Assembly: GCA_963712115.1 (NCBI GenBank)
Contig: CAVQGX010000037.1
Span: forward strand, 64,001 to 128,000
Length of the DNA stretch: 64,000 nucleotides
From: an uncultured delta proteobacterium
GTDB lineage: Bacteria > Desulfobacterota > Syntrophobacteria > BM002
Direction of reading: 5' to 3'
Part shown: positions 1 through 10,208 of the stretch, piece after piece
Layout: each line of letters starts with the position of its first letter
Numbering within the stretch: the stretch's first letter is position 1
Translations under genes and position numbers: made by a program
The notes under the pieces: generated by a model
The model's input: only the letters and a program-made list of their open reading frames with translations
Database searches by the model: none
Told to the model about the DNA's origin: nothing

Positions 1-334
1 AGCATAATAAAAGAGTTGGATTGGACAGGGTGAGTTCCTCGACAAAGCTGCATATTCGCATCAGTTGGACTAAGGTTAATGGTTTTACAGCATGGCTGCC
101 GCCGACGCAGACGAAAGTCATTCCAGGCTGCCGGAGCAATACACCGGTGGCTCAGATACACTTTGCCTCGGAGCACCTCCTGTCCAAAGAAAGCTCTGGC
201 ATAAATGGTCTATAGCTGTTCATCCAAGCAAGTTCCTGAAGAAGCTTAATTAGATTCATAATGTAATTGTTTGTATCACCAATCTTAAAATAAAAGGAAA
301 GCCAGCTACGCTGGCAGAGAATATTTAGACCCAA

Positions 335-3300
335 GTGAAAACACTTAAACGAATCCTTGTGGCAGCACTCGGTCTGCTGGGTGCTGCATTTCTGGCAATT
401 ATCTTAACCTATCTCCTGGTTGACGACGCCACCCTCTTTGGCCAAATAGTCAAACAACTGGAATCGTCGTCAGACATCCAGGTCCTGCACCGGGGTGATG
501 CCCACATCACCCGCACCTTGGCACCGACCCTGACCGTGGATGATCTGGTCATCGCGGATAAGGGTAGACAGTACCGGGTTGAAGCCGCCTCTCTTGAGGT
601 GCAGATCAGCCTGCCGAGATTGCTCCTTGGGAAGTTGGACATACCACATCTGATCATCGGCCCCACCCGCGTGGAAATCAAGGAAGATGAATCATCCACC
701 AAGCCGGCGGCCGCGCCGGAGCCGAAGCCTGGTGCAAAGCTTTGGCCACTGCCACTCAAGCCGGTATTGCATGATATCCGGATTTCAAAAGTGGAAATCA
801 TCCATAAAGGTGGCGCAGTGCTACTGCCGGGAAGCCATGTAAGTGAATTCACCCTGGAGTTGAAATCTGACAACACTCTGGAGTTGAGGGGCAAGGCAGA
901 GCTTGCCCATCAGAACATCGATGTCAATGCCGTACTGAAGGATGTGGACGAATATTCAGGCGGACAGCCCCTGGCGTTCTCTTTTGGCTTGGAAAGCACG
1001 CTGTTCAATCTTTCTGTGGATGGCCATATCGATTTTGAACAACCCGATCCGATTGTCGAGGCAACGGTGCGTGGCTGGACACCGGATGCTGAAAAGATTG
1101 TAACGGGTAGTCAGCGTATTGAGATTCCCGGCAAATTGACCTTTGGAGCGCAACTGAAGGGTACTTTCTCCCGGCTACCCATGGAGGAGATCAAAGCAAC
1201 ATACCATGGCCCCGAACAATCCGCTGTGGAACTGAAAGGTAGGATCGCCAATGTTATTGAGCTCGAAGGGGTGCAGCTCAACCTGACCGGCAAACTGGAC
1301 GACCCGGCCTGGTTAACGCCACTGCTGCCGGAAAGCTTGGGAGCGATAAAAGGTGCCAGTGTATCGGCGCAGATCTCCGGCGGTTATCCAAGCTTTACGG
1401 TCAAGGATTTTGATTTTGAAGGCAAAACGGAGCAGGACCTGGACCTGTCGCTGTCCGGGAAGTTTGATCTGGCCCATTCCTCAACCGGTCTGGAGCCGGT
1501 AAACATTCAGGCTCAATTGGTATTTTCCGCCCCGACCACCCGGGCAGCAAGATTTTTGATTTTTGAAACAATACCGGAATTTGGCGCCATTACCGGCAAG
1601 TGCGATGTTCACTCGGCCGTGGGTGACCCATCGCTAGTGAACATTGTGGTTCAAACCAAAGATGAGAGCTCCATTCAGGCAAACCTCAGCGGTGGGATTG
1701 CCCAGTTTCCCCTGGCGGACCGACCCAACAGGGGCTATGATCTGGACGTGTCCATGCAAGCAACAGAAGGTGCGGTCCTGGCTAAAAGGGTGGGCCTGGA
1801 ACTGCCTGAGTTCGGGCCCCTGGATCTGAACTTCAAAATCGAAGGTTCCACCCTGGCGTTGAAACTCAATCAGATCAAGCTGTCCGGAGGCAAGGAAGAA
1901 GGAGTGCGGATCGGTGCCCAGGGGGAAATGTCATTTGCTGACTGGGATCAGGCCGACCCTTTCAAGACCATCGACCTGAAGCTACAGGCACAAAGTCGCA
2001 CTACCCAACTACTCTCCCCTTGGATCGGGCAGGAACTGCCCGAGCTGGGCCCACTCAGCGGTGAGGCCCGCTTGCATACGGTCTCCGGCCGACACCGAAT
2101 CGACCAGATTAAGATCCAGACCACCGAGACCGCACCACTAACCGTCGCAGTCTCCGGTTCAGCCGAGCATGTCACCCTGCTGCCGGAGTTGCGTATCCGG
2201 GAGATCCAACTGGATGCCAACGGCAGCACCGATGATATTGGCAAACTAAATGCGGTATTCGGTTTGAAGGATGGGATTCCCTCGATTGGGCCACTCAAAG
2301 CGCAGGCGCACATATCCGGCGATGATAAAAATTTTGTCATCGATGAAGTGTCAATGGCAGCCGGTAAGGAAGATGTTCTGCTGGTGAACCTGAGCGGCCG
2401 GTTGGGAGAGCTCAGTTCTGCCAATAAATGGCAGCCCCAGGATACCAGTCTTACCATCCAGGCCAATTCCAGCAGCAGCCGTGGGCTTGCCGGAAAACTG
2501 GGCTACAGTATTCCGGAGCTGGGCCCCCTTTTCGCCCAGGCCAACATCCGCGGCAAGAAGAAGGTCTCCATGGACTCCGCCCAGCTCAGGCTGGGAGACA
2601 AGGATAAACCGGTGGTGAAGGCCACAGGTTATATCAACGATCTGTTTGCCATGCAGGGGGTCAAAGGGGATGGACAGCTGCATTTGGATGGCCGTCGCTT
2701 TGCGGCCTTTGCCGATTTAGACAAACTGCCAGAGCTTGGTCCTCTAACCGGCCAGGTGAAAATCTCGGACAGTGATGGATCCCTGGGTATTGATTCCCTT
2801 CAGGTCGAAAGCGCGCAGCCGGAACTGCTGAGCCTGAAGGTGAACGGCAGCTTTGACAATTTCAAAGACCCCTCCACCTGGCTGGTCAACAGCAGCCTGA
2901 CTGCCCGGGACCTGCAGCTCATTGGCGCAATCTTTGATCGTCGATGGCCGGCCATCGGACCGGTGCAACTCGATAGTCAGATAAAAAAAAGCGACGCAGG
3001 CAAGGAATTCAACGGTACGCTCACTGCAGGGAAAACCGAGGTAGAGACAAAGCTAAAGGCACTCTTTGAAACGACTCCCATGAGGATAAGCGGTACTGTC
3101 AAGGCCCGGAAGATGCTCGTGTATGAACTGTTTGAGAAGGAGAGGGAGGGAAAGAAAAAGAAATCTTCAAAGAAGGAGCACGTATTTAGCCGTGAGCCCA
3201 TAGACTTTGGCTGGTTGAAAAAAGTCGATGTGGATGTTGCCATTGAAGTGGAATCCTTTGCTAAAGAGCAGTTTCTAGCCAATTCCGCCCAGTTCCAGGT

Positions 3301-4106
3301 GAAAGTCAAATCAGGTGTACTGTCCATCAGCCCGGCTCGTTTTGTCTATGCAAAGGGAAAACTCGACATGGATCTGGAGCTAGATGTACGGGAGCATCCC
3401 CGGTTGACCTTCAGAGCCTTCGGCAAAGACCTCGATCCCCGGCGGGCCCTGGATATCCAGGATTACAAAGAAGAACTTCAGACGGAGATGAATATTGACC
3501 TCTCCTTTAGCACATCCGGGCTGACTCCCCACGAACTGGCCTCAAACAGCCAGGGTAGCATCTACATAACCATGCAAAACGGCAAGATCGCTGCCCCACT
3601 GATTGATCTGGTTTTTTGGGATGTGGCGGGCTGGGCCTGGAAAAAAGCGACAGATCAAAGGTATTACGATTTAGGTTGCGGGGTGGCCGATTACAGCATC
3701 GAGGAAGGGGTCATCTCGACGAGGGCCTTTATACTCGACACCGAGAACATTACCATTACCGGCGGGGGGAACCATCGATCTGGGTGGTGAGAAAGTGGAA
3801 TACTTCTTTCTGCCAAAGAAGAAATCACTCAAAATTATTCAAAAAGCCGATCCGGTGAATATCGAGGGCCCCTTGAACAATCCCAAAGTGAAGACGATTC
3901 CCTGGAAATCGGCCGCCATCACTGCGGGCAAGGTTGGTGGGATTATTTTTGCTCCCTTTATTTTCATCCCCCTCACCGCAGCCGACTACCTGGCAGGCCA
4001 GGTGACAATCAAAGATGGAAAATCGGCCTGCCTGGAATATCAAAAGGCCCATGAATTGGAAAATAGGCCGCGTGAGAGAACAACTCCAAAGGAGCAAAAC
4101 AAATAG
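335..4106 (+). CDS. AsmA-family (AsmA/YhdP-like lipid bridge) protein; single frameshift near 3765-3770
   Basis: N-terminal TM anchor and long beta-rich repeats. ORF 335..3790 breaks at a G homopolymer (GGCGGGGGGA); removing one G gives ...ITGGGTIDLGGEKVEYFFLPKKK, joining ORF 3795..4106 (PVNIEGPLNNP, typical AsmA C-terminus). Confidence 0.8.
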
Positions 4107-4131
4107 AATGGTTAGCAGTTCAAATCCAGCT

Positions 4132-5880
4132 TTACCTTCCCGGGGCAGGCAGGTTTTCACATGTTACCCACCTGATGCTCGGGGTTTTAAACCTGGACCC
4201 CGTCGGTTGGTCCTTTTCCAGAGCGAGGGCCGCCTCATTCTTCTGGTAAAATGAGACCGGTTCATAGGTCCAGCCACTGGCCAGTCGCTTCTCTTCCTTT
4301 TTCAGGGTGAGATAAAGATATCTTCCCATGAGGGGGGCGGCAATCCTGGTTGTCCAGCCAAAGGTCTTATACAAGTCTTTCACCAGGGAATCCATTTTTT
4401 TCTCCATCCGCCCATCTTGGCTGTACCACTTTCTCATTGCCCAAACGGCACCGGCATAAGCGGTACGGAGCGGCCTCACTTCCCAGGCAAAACGATGGCG
4501 AATTCGTTTTGTCGGATGGTCTTTATAGCGCTGCCAGCCCTTGAGGAAGGTTCGGATCAACCGGGCGAGACTGGGTCCGTTGACCTCGAAATCGCGCCTG
4601 AAGGCATCGACAATATACTGCTCCTCCCGGCCTCCGGTAATATGAGGATGGCGATAATTGAAGCGATATTGACCGTGAGCGTCGGCGAGAGAGAATGTAT
4701 CTTCCGCCAGGAGGGTCCCGTCTTTTGAATGCTTTTCGTACAGGGGAGTTCCGGGAATGGGAGTGTACAACATGAACTGGTGAAAATCCGTATCATGGCT
4801 GACGGCATAGTCGATAATCCGCTCCATAGCCTCGGGTGTGTGGTTTTCCAGACCGATGATGGATGATCCCAAAACGCGTATACCGTGAGCCTGTAAGGAC
4901 CGCACCAGTTCCAGGGTGTCAACTTCCTTGAGTTTTCTGTAGGAGCTTGCCTCTCCTTCAAGGCCCATCCACACCCAGGAGATCCCCAAGCCTACCAACT
5001 GCTCGAAGGTGTATGACTGCAACACACGGGCAGAGCTGAAAACCATAAGCGCCCAACTCTTTTTGTGTTGCTCCATCAGTTCAAGGAGCCGCAGCGCCCG
5101 CTTCCGATGGAGGAGAAAATTCTCGTCCATGGTAAAAAAGGACCGGACCTTGAGTTTTTCTTCCAGCTGACACATGACGGCAAAGAGGTCGTCGCCGGTT
5201 TCATAAAAATTAATATGCTTCCCCTTACCCCCGAACAGGGCCGAGGTTGAACAGAAATTACAACCCACGGGACAGCCCACGGAGGGAATGAGCATGGCCG
5301 CCGTGTTTCCCGGCCGTAACGGAAGGGAAATACCCATAATACGGGCACCGAATCCCGAATGCACCATGGGATGCCGAATTGGCGCATCTTCGTCTTCTCC
5401 CAGAAATCGACGAAACCAGCGGACGCCTTCGCCTCTACAGATATGATCGGCGTCGATGCTATCAGCGATATTGTCCTTGTTGGCGACATGTCCGCCCACC
5501 ACAATCGTCGCACCCGGCTGGTGTTCCCTGATGACTTCGCACATTTTCTTCACTTTGCCGATATTTGCAACAATCGAGCTGATGCCGACGATATCGTAGG
5601 AATTTTCCCGGATTTCGGAGACAAAGCGATTGAGGGAGGGAAAATCCAAAAGCGTACAGGGGGCATCGATATTGGATTGAATCATCATCAAGCCGAAGGA
5701 GCGGTGAAACATGCGGAGGGAAAAGCCGCCCTGAACCCTGGTGACTTGATTCTGATAGAGTTCCATGGGGTTGATTTTTCGGCTTCCATATTCATCGTCT
5801 TGGGCGTACGGTCCGAAGACGCTGGATAGCAGAACCCTTGCCCTGGTGGAGCGGGGGTGGACCGGGTGTGTTGTCTTCAT
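4132..5880 (-). CDS. Cobalamin-binding radical SAM protein
   Basis: N-terminal B12-binding-like segment (DIVGISS...IVVGGHVA...GEG), CPVGCNFC CxxxCxxC motif, TPIPGTPLY motif. Confidence 0.85.
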   Translation of the reverse strand: MKTTHPVHPRSTRARVLLSSVFGPYAQDDEYGSRKINPMELYQNQVTRVQGGFSLRMFHRSFGLMMIQSNIDAPCTLLDFPSLNRFVSEIRENSYDIVGISSIVANIGKVKKMCEVIREHQPGATIVVGGHVANKDNIADSIDADHICRGEGVRWFRRFLGEDEDAPIRHPMVHSGFGARIMGISLPLRPGNTAAMLIPSVGCPVGCNFCSTSALFGGKGKHINFYETGDDLFAVMCQLEEKLKVRSFFTMDENFLLHRKRALRLLELMEQHKKSWALMVFSSARVLQSYTFEQLVGLGISWVWMGLEGEASSYRKLKEVDTLELVRSLQAHGIRVLGSSIIGLENHTPEAMERIIDYAVSHDTDFHQFMLYTPIPGTPLYEKHSKDGTLLAEDTFSLADAHGQYRFNYRHPHITGGREEQYIVDAFRRDFEVNGPSLARLIRTFLKGWQRYKDHPTKRIRHRFAWEVRPLRTAYAGAVWAMRKWYSQDGRMEKKMDSLVKDLYKTFGWTTRIAAPLMGRYLYLTLKKEEKRLASGWTYEPVSFYQKNEAALALEKDQPTGSRFKTPSIRWVTCENLPAPGR

Positions 5881-5973
5881 GATGTGGTTCCTCTTTGGGG
5901 TGATCTGTTTTGCCGATTTGTGAGCTGGATCTTAATACAGTAAGGAAGAGGAAAGATAGGCCCCCCGCAAGGC

Positions 5974-5991
5974 TTTTACAAAAGTTTTACA
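5974..5991. promoter_or_regulatory. TTTTACA-N4-TTTTACA direct repeat, putative OmpR-family binding site
   Basis: 11-bp-period direct repeat between the divergent radical SAM gene and the HK/RR genes; TAAGAT -10-like hexamer on the minus strand at 5929-5934. Confidence 0.45.
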
Positions 5992-6061
5992 ATCAAAATG
6001 TCAAGAAAATGGTACGGATTTGCAAGTTGACAGAACTTCTAGCGTATTGTAGTTCAACTAA

Positions 6062-7018
6062 ATGCTTAATCGATCAAAGTGGTTTTTTCACCCAATCTTT
6101 ATTTTTGTTTTTTCCATCCTAGCCCTGGCTACGTCTCTGGGTCTTTATATCTACTGGTATGTGGAGATCAGCAAGGGGCTCAAGTCAGTGGTGCACACAT
6201 TTAGCCTCGACAAGTCCCAAATCTTTGCGCCCCAGACATGGGTGGTGATTCTCACTCTTTCGATTCTCGTCGGCATCATTCTGGTGGGGGTTTTCATTAT
6301 CTTTGTATACAATCAAAAATTGATCCAGCTCTACAGGATGCAAAATAACTTCATCAACAGCTTTACCCACGAACTGAAAACACCCGTGACCTCACTGAAC
6401 CTCTACCTCGAGACCTTTCTACGCCACGAGCTTTCCAGGGGAGAGCAGATCAAGTATGTTCGCTACATGCTCCAGGACGTAAACCGTCTTGCGAGCAATG
6501 CAACCCGTATCCTCAACCTGGCGCGGATCGAGAGCAAGAGCTTTGAGGGGGAGCTAGTCAAATCCGACCTGGTTGAGACGGTCAAACGGTTTTACCATAA
6601 CAATCACCATATGTTTCAGGATTGCGAAATCAATATCCATAATCCGACGGGGCGATCCTTCCTTTACCCCATAAATGTTTCATTGTTTGAAATGCTGTTG
6701 ATGAATCTCACGACAAACGCCACCAAGTACAATGACTCAGATGTGCCCAGGATCGATATTACCTTTTCACCACAAAAACGAAAATTGCACATCCAATTTA
6801 AAGACAACGGCATAGGAATCGAAAAAGGTGAAGCAAAAAAGATTTTCAGAAAATTCTATCAGGTGGGCAGGGCGGACGACATGAGCGCCAGGGGAAGTGG
6901 AATCGGCCTGTATCTGGCACAACACATCGTAAGGATTCATCAGGGCAAGATTGTCGCTCAGAGCGAAGGTCTAGGGAAGGGATCGACATTTTCCGTCATC
7001 CTGCCCTTCAGATCATGA
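6062..7018 (+). CDS. Membrane sensor histidine kinase
   Basis: Two TM helices, H-box FTHELKTP, N box NLTTNATKY, G1 DNGIGI, G2 GSGIGL. Confidence 0.92.
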   Translation: MLNRSKWFFHPIFIFVFSILALATSLGLYIYWYVEISKGLKSVVHTFSLDKSQIFAPQTWVVILTLSILVGIILVGVFIIFVYNQKLIQLYRMQNNFINSFTHELKTPVTSLNLYLETFLRHELSRGEQIKYVRYMLQDVNRLASNATRILNLARIESKSFEGELVKSDLVETVKRFYHNNHHMFQDCEINIHNPTGRSFLYPINVSLFEMLLMNLTTNATKYNDSDVPRIDITFSPQKRKLHIQFKDNGIGIEKGEAKKIFRKFYQVGRADDMSARGSGIGLYLAQHIVRIHQGKIVAQSEGLGKGSTFSVILPFRS

Positions 7019-7030
7019 GGAGCTGATTGT

Positions 7031-7762
7031 ATGGGAGATGGTGGGAAAAAACATATCCTTATCATCGAAGACGACATACACATAGCGGAGGGAATGAAAC
7101 TCAACCTGTCGCTGCAAAAATATGAGGTCACCATTGCGACAGACGGTCCGTCCGGCCTGCGACGATGGAAAGAGGCACAACCAGACCTGATCGTGCTGGA
7201 CATCATGCTTCCCGGCATCGACGGATTAACGGTGCTGCAGAACATCCGCCTGGAAGACGAGCGCATCCCCATCCTGATAGTCTCGGCCAAGGGAGCACCG
7301 GACGAAAAAATCAAAGGTTTTTCATATGGGGTTGACGATTATATGTCAAAGCCCTTCAATCTTGACGAGTTCCTGCTGCGCATAGAGCGACTGATGACCA
7401 GGTCATCCTGGTACCGGGACGAAGGCGAGCCGGACAGGGCCGGACTCGACTCGTCGCCCCGGACATACGCATTCGGTGACAATCTCATTGATTTTAGCAC
7501 CTGCACGGCCCAGTGTAAGTGCGGACAAGTGGTTCTGAGTGAACAGGAAGTCAAGCTCCTGAAACTCTTTATCTACAATCGGGGGAAACCCCTGTCGCGA
7601 GGGAAACTTCTGGAAATCGGCTGGGGCTATACAAAGGACACCACCACGAGAACCGTGGACAATTTTATCGTGAGATTACGGAAGTATTTTGAAGACAACC
7701 CGAAAAAACCCGTCTATTTCAAAAGCCTCCGATCGGTTGGCTACCTCTTCGACCATGATTAG
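7031..7762 (+). CDS. OmpR/PhoB-family response regulator
   Basis: Receiver domain (IIEDD, LDIMLP, KPF) plus winged helix (TRTVDNFIVRLR, RSVGY). Confidence 0.93.
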   Translation: MGDGGKKHILIIEDDIHIAEGMKLNLSLQKYEVTIATDGPSGLRRWKEAQPDLIVLDIMLPGIDGLTVLQNIRLEDERIPILIVSAKGAPDEKIKGFSYGVDDYMSKPFNLDEFLLRIERLMTRSSWYRDEGEPDRAGLDSSPRTYAFGDNLIDFSTCTAQCKCGQVVLSEQEVKLLKLFIYNRGKPLSRGKLLEIGWGYTKDTTTRTVDNFIVRLRKYFEDNPKKPVYFKSLRSVGYLFDHD

Positions 7763-7815
7763 CGGAATCAAATCAAAAAGCCAGTTGATCCCGCTTAATG
7801 ATTCGACCCCACTCA

Positions 7816-7844
7816 TTGACAAATGAGATCATTTAAGCTTTAGT
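7816..7844 (+). promoter_or_regulatory. Putative sigma70 promoter for infA
   Basis: TTGACA-17nt-TTTAGT. Confidence 0.45.
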
Positions 7845-7942
7845 TGGCTATAAATCACTTAATGTGAGTCAATCAAAAACAGGCACCGCTCTTTTTGAGG
7901 ATTCAGCAGAAAGCTTGAGGGGCCTTTTGATTGGGGGAGTTA

Positions 7943-8161
7943 ATGCCAAAGGAAGACGCAATAGAGGTTGAGGGGACGGTGGTGGAGACTCTACCCAATG
8001 CCATGTTTCGGGTGGAGTTGGCCGATGGCCACCTGGTCCTGGCGCATATCTCCGGAAAAATGCGCAAGTATTACATCAAGATTGTTACCGGAGACAAGGT
8101 GACAGTTGAACTGTCACCCTATGATTTGACTCGAGGACGGATTACCTTTCGGGTTAAATAG
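7943..8161 (+). CDS. infA: Translation initiation factor IF-1
   Basis: [26 protein letters not shown]...AHISGKMR...[13 protein letters not shown]; GGGGAG RBS. Confidence 0.97.
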   Translation: MPKEDAIEVEGTVVETLPNAMFRVELADGHLVLAHISGKMRKYYIKIVTGDKVTVELSPYDLTRGRITFRVK

Positions 8162-8335
8162 ATGTTATTTTAGAAAGTAAGCAAAGACTACTCAAATTTT
8201 TTCACTTGATCCCTGCATTTTTTTGTATTATATGAAACGATTTCGTTCGCAAGTCGGCTGGGCTTTTGAGGAAAGTTTCCTTTGCCAGGGTGGCGGCCTG
8301 AGACTTGGAACAATACTTTTTGGGAGGTCAACACT

Positions 8336-8536
8336 GTGGCAGAAGGGACTGTTAAATGGTTTAGTGAGCAGAAAGGTTATGGTTTTATTGAGCAAGATGA
8401 AGGAGGAGACATATTTGTCCACCACTCCGAAATCAACATGGCCGGTTTTAAAACCCTTTCTGAAGGGGACCGGGTGAGCTTCGAGGTGGGAGAGGGCACG
8501 AAAGGGCCCGCCGCCAAGAACGTCACGAAGCTCTAG
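8336..8536 (+). CDS. cspA: Cold-shock protein (copy 1)
   Basis: GTVKWF..KGYGFI..DIFVHHS (RNP1/RNP2); GGAGG RBS before the GTG start. Confidence 0.95.
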   Translation: MAEGTVKWFSEQKGYGFIEQDEGGDIFVHHSEINMAGFKTLSEGDRVSFEVGEGTKGPAAKNVTKL

Positions 8537-8558
8537 TTGCCAGCATCACATTTATCAC

Positions 8559-8592
8559 GGGCATCTCGTTTGATTAGGAAGAGATGCCCTTC
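8559..8592 (+). terminator. Hairpin after cspA copy 1
   Basis: GGGCATCTC...GAGATGCCC stem; a homologous hairpin follows cspA copy 2. Confidence 0.6.
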
Positions 8593-8658
8593 GTGTTTTC
8601 TGTCGACACGAGGATTTTTGAACCGTTAGGTTCAGAGATCCATGAAAGGTGGTACAAT

Positions 8659-8832
8659 TTGCATAGTTTTGAAAGCAGGCTAAGGCAGCTCAAGAAAGAC
8701 TTTCAGAGGAATGTCGGACCTTCTATAAGGAGGCATCGTTATTATCTGAGTAAGGGCGAAAGAAGCAGACTCAAACACGAGAAAGCTATAAAGCGCTTGA
8801 ACAAGAAAAGATCGAGAAGAGTTTACCGATAG
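8659..8832 (+). CDS. Divergent ribosomal protein bS21-like protein
   Basis: SFESRLRQLKK...IRRHRYYLSKGERSRLKHEKAIKR resembles bS21; GAAAGGTGG RBS before TTG 8659; located after infA-cspA. Confidence 0.65.
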   Translation: MHSFESRLRQLKKDFQRNVGPSIRRHRYYLSKGERSRLKHEKAIKRLNKKRSRRVYR

Positions 8833-8894
8833 AATTCACTTAAATATAAGTTTGACCTCAAGAGTTCGCCTATCCGCATAAAATCTCTAAAAAC

Positions 8895-8999
8895 AAAAGC
8901 GACTGGTCGCTGATGTTGCCAGCCGCTTTTTATTCTTTGGCGTCCCCAAGAGTACTCCCGGTTTACCCCAGTTTTTGTCTGCGTCTCAGGCAACACCAA
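8895..8999 (+). mobile_element. att-like junction, copy 1 (hairpin, antisense tRNA-Glu 3' end, conserved tail; truncated)
   Basis: Hairpin 8895-8930, then TGGCGTCCCCAAGAGTACTCCCGGTTTACCCCAGTTTTTGTCTGCGTCTCAGGCAACAC from 8938; homologous to 24124, 28916 and 36199. Confidence 0.7.
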
Positions 9000-9012
9000 C
9001 AACAAAAACAAC

Positions 9013-10179
9013 CTAGAAAAAGGCTGAAATCTTCGTTATATCCTCTCCCAAAATAAGAGTGTGAATATCATGGGTTCCCTCGTAGGTGTAGAGGCTCTCC
9101 AGGTTACACATGTGGCGAATAATCCCATACTCGATACTAATACCGTAGGCACCCAGCATGTTTCTGGCCACCCGGGCAATTTTCAGCGCTTCATTGACAT
9201 TGTTCATTTTGGCCATGGAAATATGTTGGTGTCGCCACTTGCCGGCATCTTTCAGACGTCCCACCTGCAAAGCAAGCAACTGCATTTTAGAAATCTCGGT
9301 CAACATCTTCACCAATTTTTTTTGAGTCAACTGGAAGGATGCGATGGGCTTTCCAAACTGAATCCGCTCTTTGGAATAACGTAAGGCCCTGTCGTAGCAA
9401 TCCATGGCCGCTCCAATGGCGCCCCAGGAAATGCCGTAGCGAGCTTCGTTCAAGCACATCAAGGCGCACTTGAGCCCGTTTGCTTCAGGTAGCCTATTGG
9501 ACTCGGGGATTCGTACATCTTCAAAAATGAGCCCCGAGGTAACCGAAGCCCGCAAGGACATTTTTTTCTCGATGGGAAAGGTGAGGAAGCCTTTCGCTCC
9601 TTTTTCCACCAGGAACCCTTTGATCCCTTCGTCAGTTCTGGCCCACACCACAGCCACATCCGCGATATCGCCGTTGGTGATCCAGAGCTTTGAGCCATTG
9701 ATGACCCAGCCTTTCCCATCTTTCTTTGCCCTGGTTTTCATGCCGGCAGGGTCTGAACCATGATCCGGTTCGGTGAGGCCGAAACAACCTATCTTTTCGC
9801 CTGCGGCCATTCTGGGAAGCCAGTATTCTTTCTGCTCCTCGGAGCCAAAGGAATGAATGGGGTACATAACGAGGGAGGACTGCACCGACATGAGACTTCT
9901 GAGACCACTGTCTCCTCGTTCCAGTTCCTGACAGGCGAGGCCGTATTGGACGTTGTTGGTGCCGGCACACCCATAGCCATGGAGTTTCATCCCGAAAAGG
10001 CCCAGTTCCCCAACCTTGGGGATTATCTCCATGGGAAAGGTGGCCTTTTCAAAGTGATCATCTATGAGGGGCATGAACTTCTCATCCACGAACCTTCTCA
10101 CCGTATCCCGAGTAATCTTCTCTTCGTCGCTGAGAAGGTCATCTAGACGCAGAAAATCCAGACCTTGAAATTTGGACAC
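9013..10179 (-). CDS. gcdH: Glutaryl-CoA dehydrogenase-like acyl-CoA dehydrogenase
   Basis: ERGDSGLRS..SVQSSLVM, GCFGLTEPDHGSDP and TYEGTHDIHTLILG motifs. Confidence 0.85.
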   Translation of the reverse strand: MSKFQGLDFLRLDDLLSDEEKITRDTVRRFVDEKFMPLIDDHFEKATFPMEIIPKVGELGLFGMKLHGYGCAGTNNVQYGLACQELERGDSGLRSLMSVQSSLVMYPIHSFGSEEQKEYWLPRMAAGEKIGCFGLTEPDHGSDPAGMKTRAKKDGKGWVINGSKLWITNGDIADVAVVWARTDEGIKGFLVEKGAKGFLTFPIEKKMSLRASVTSGLIFEDVRIPESNRLPEANGLKCALMCLNEARYGISWGAIGAAMDCYDRALRYSKERIQFGKPIASFQLTQKKLVKMLTEISKMQLLALQVGRLKDAGKWRHQHISMAKMNNVNEALKIARVARNMLGAYGISIEYGIIRHMCNLESLYTYEGTHDIHTLILGEDITKISAFF

Positions 10180-10208
10180 TGTTCACTCCAAGTTTGAGAT
10201 GATTTAAT

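Noticed and set aside
1-334. Short ORFs at the window start, including an open minus-strand frame running off the edge
   Set aside because: No recognisable family or clear start codon; cannot be supported from this window.
3760-3800. Programmed frameshift or phase variation in the AsmA gene
   Set aside because: The G run is short, and similar single-base indels occur throughout the window, so sequencing error is more parsimonious.
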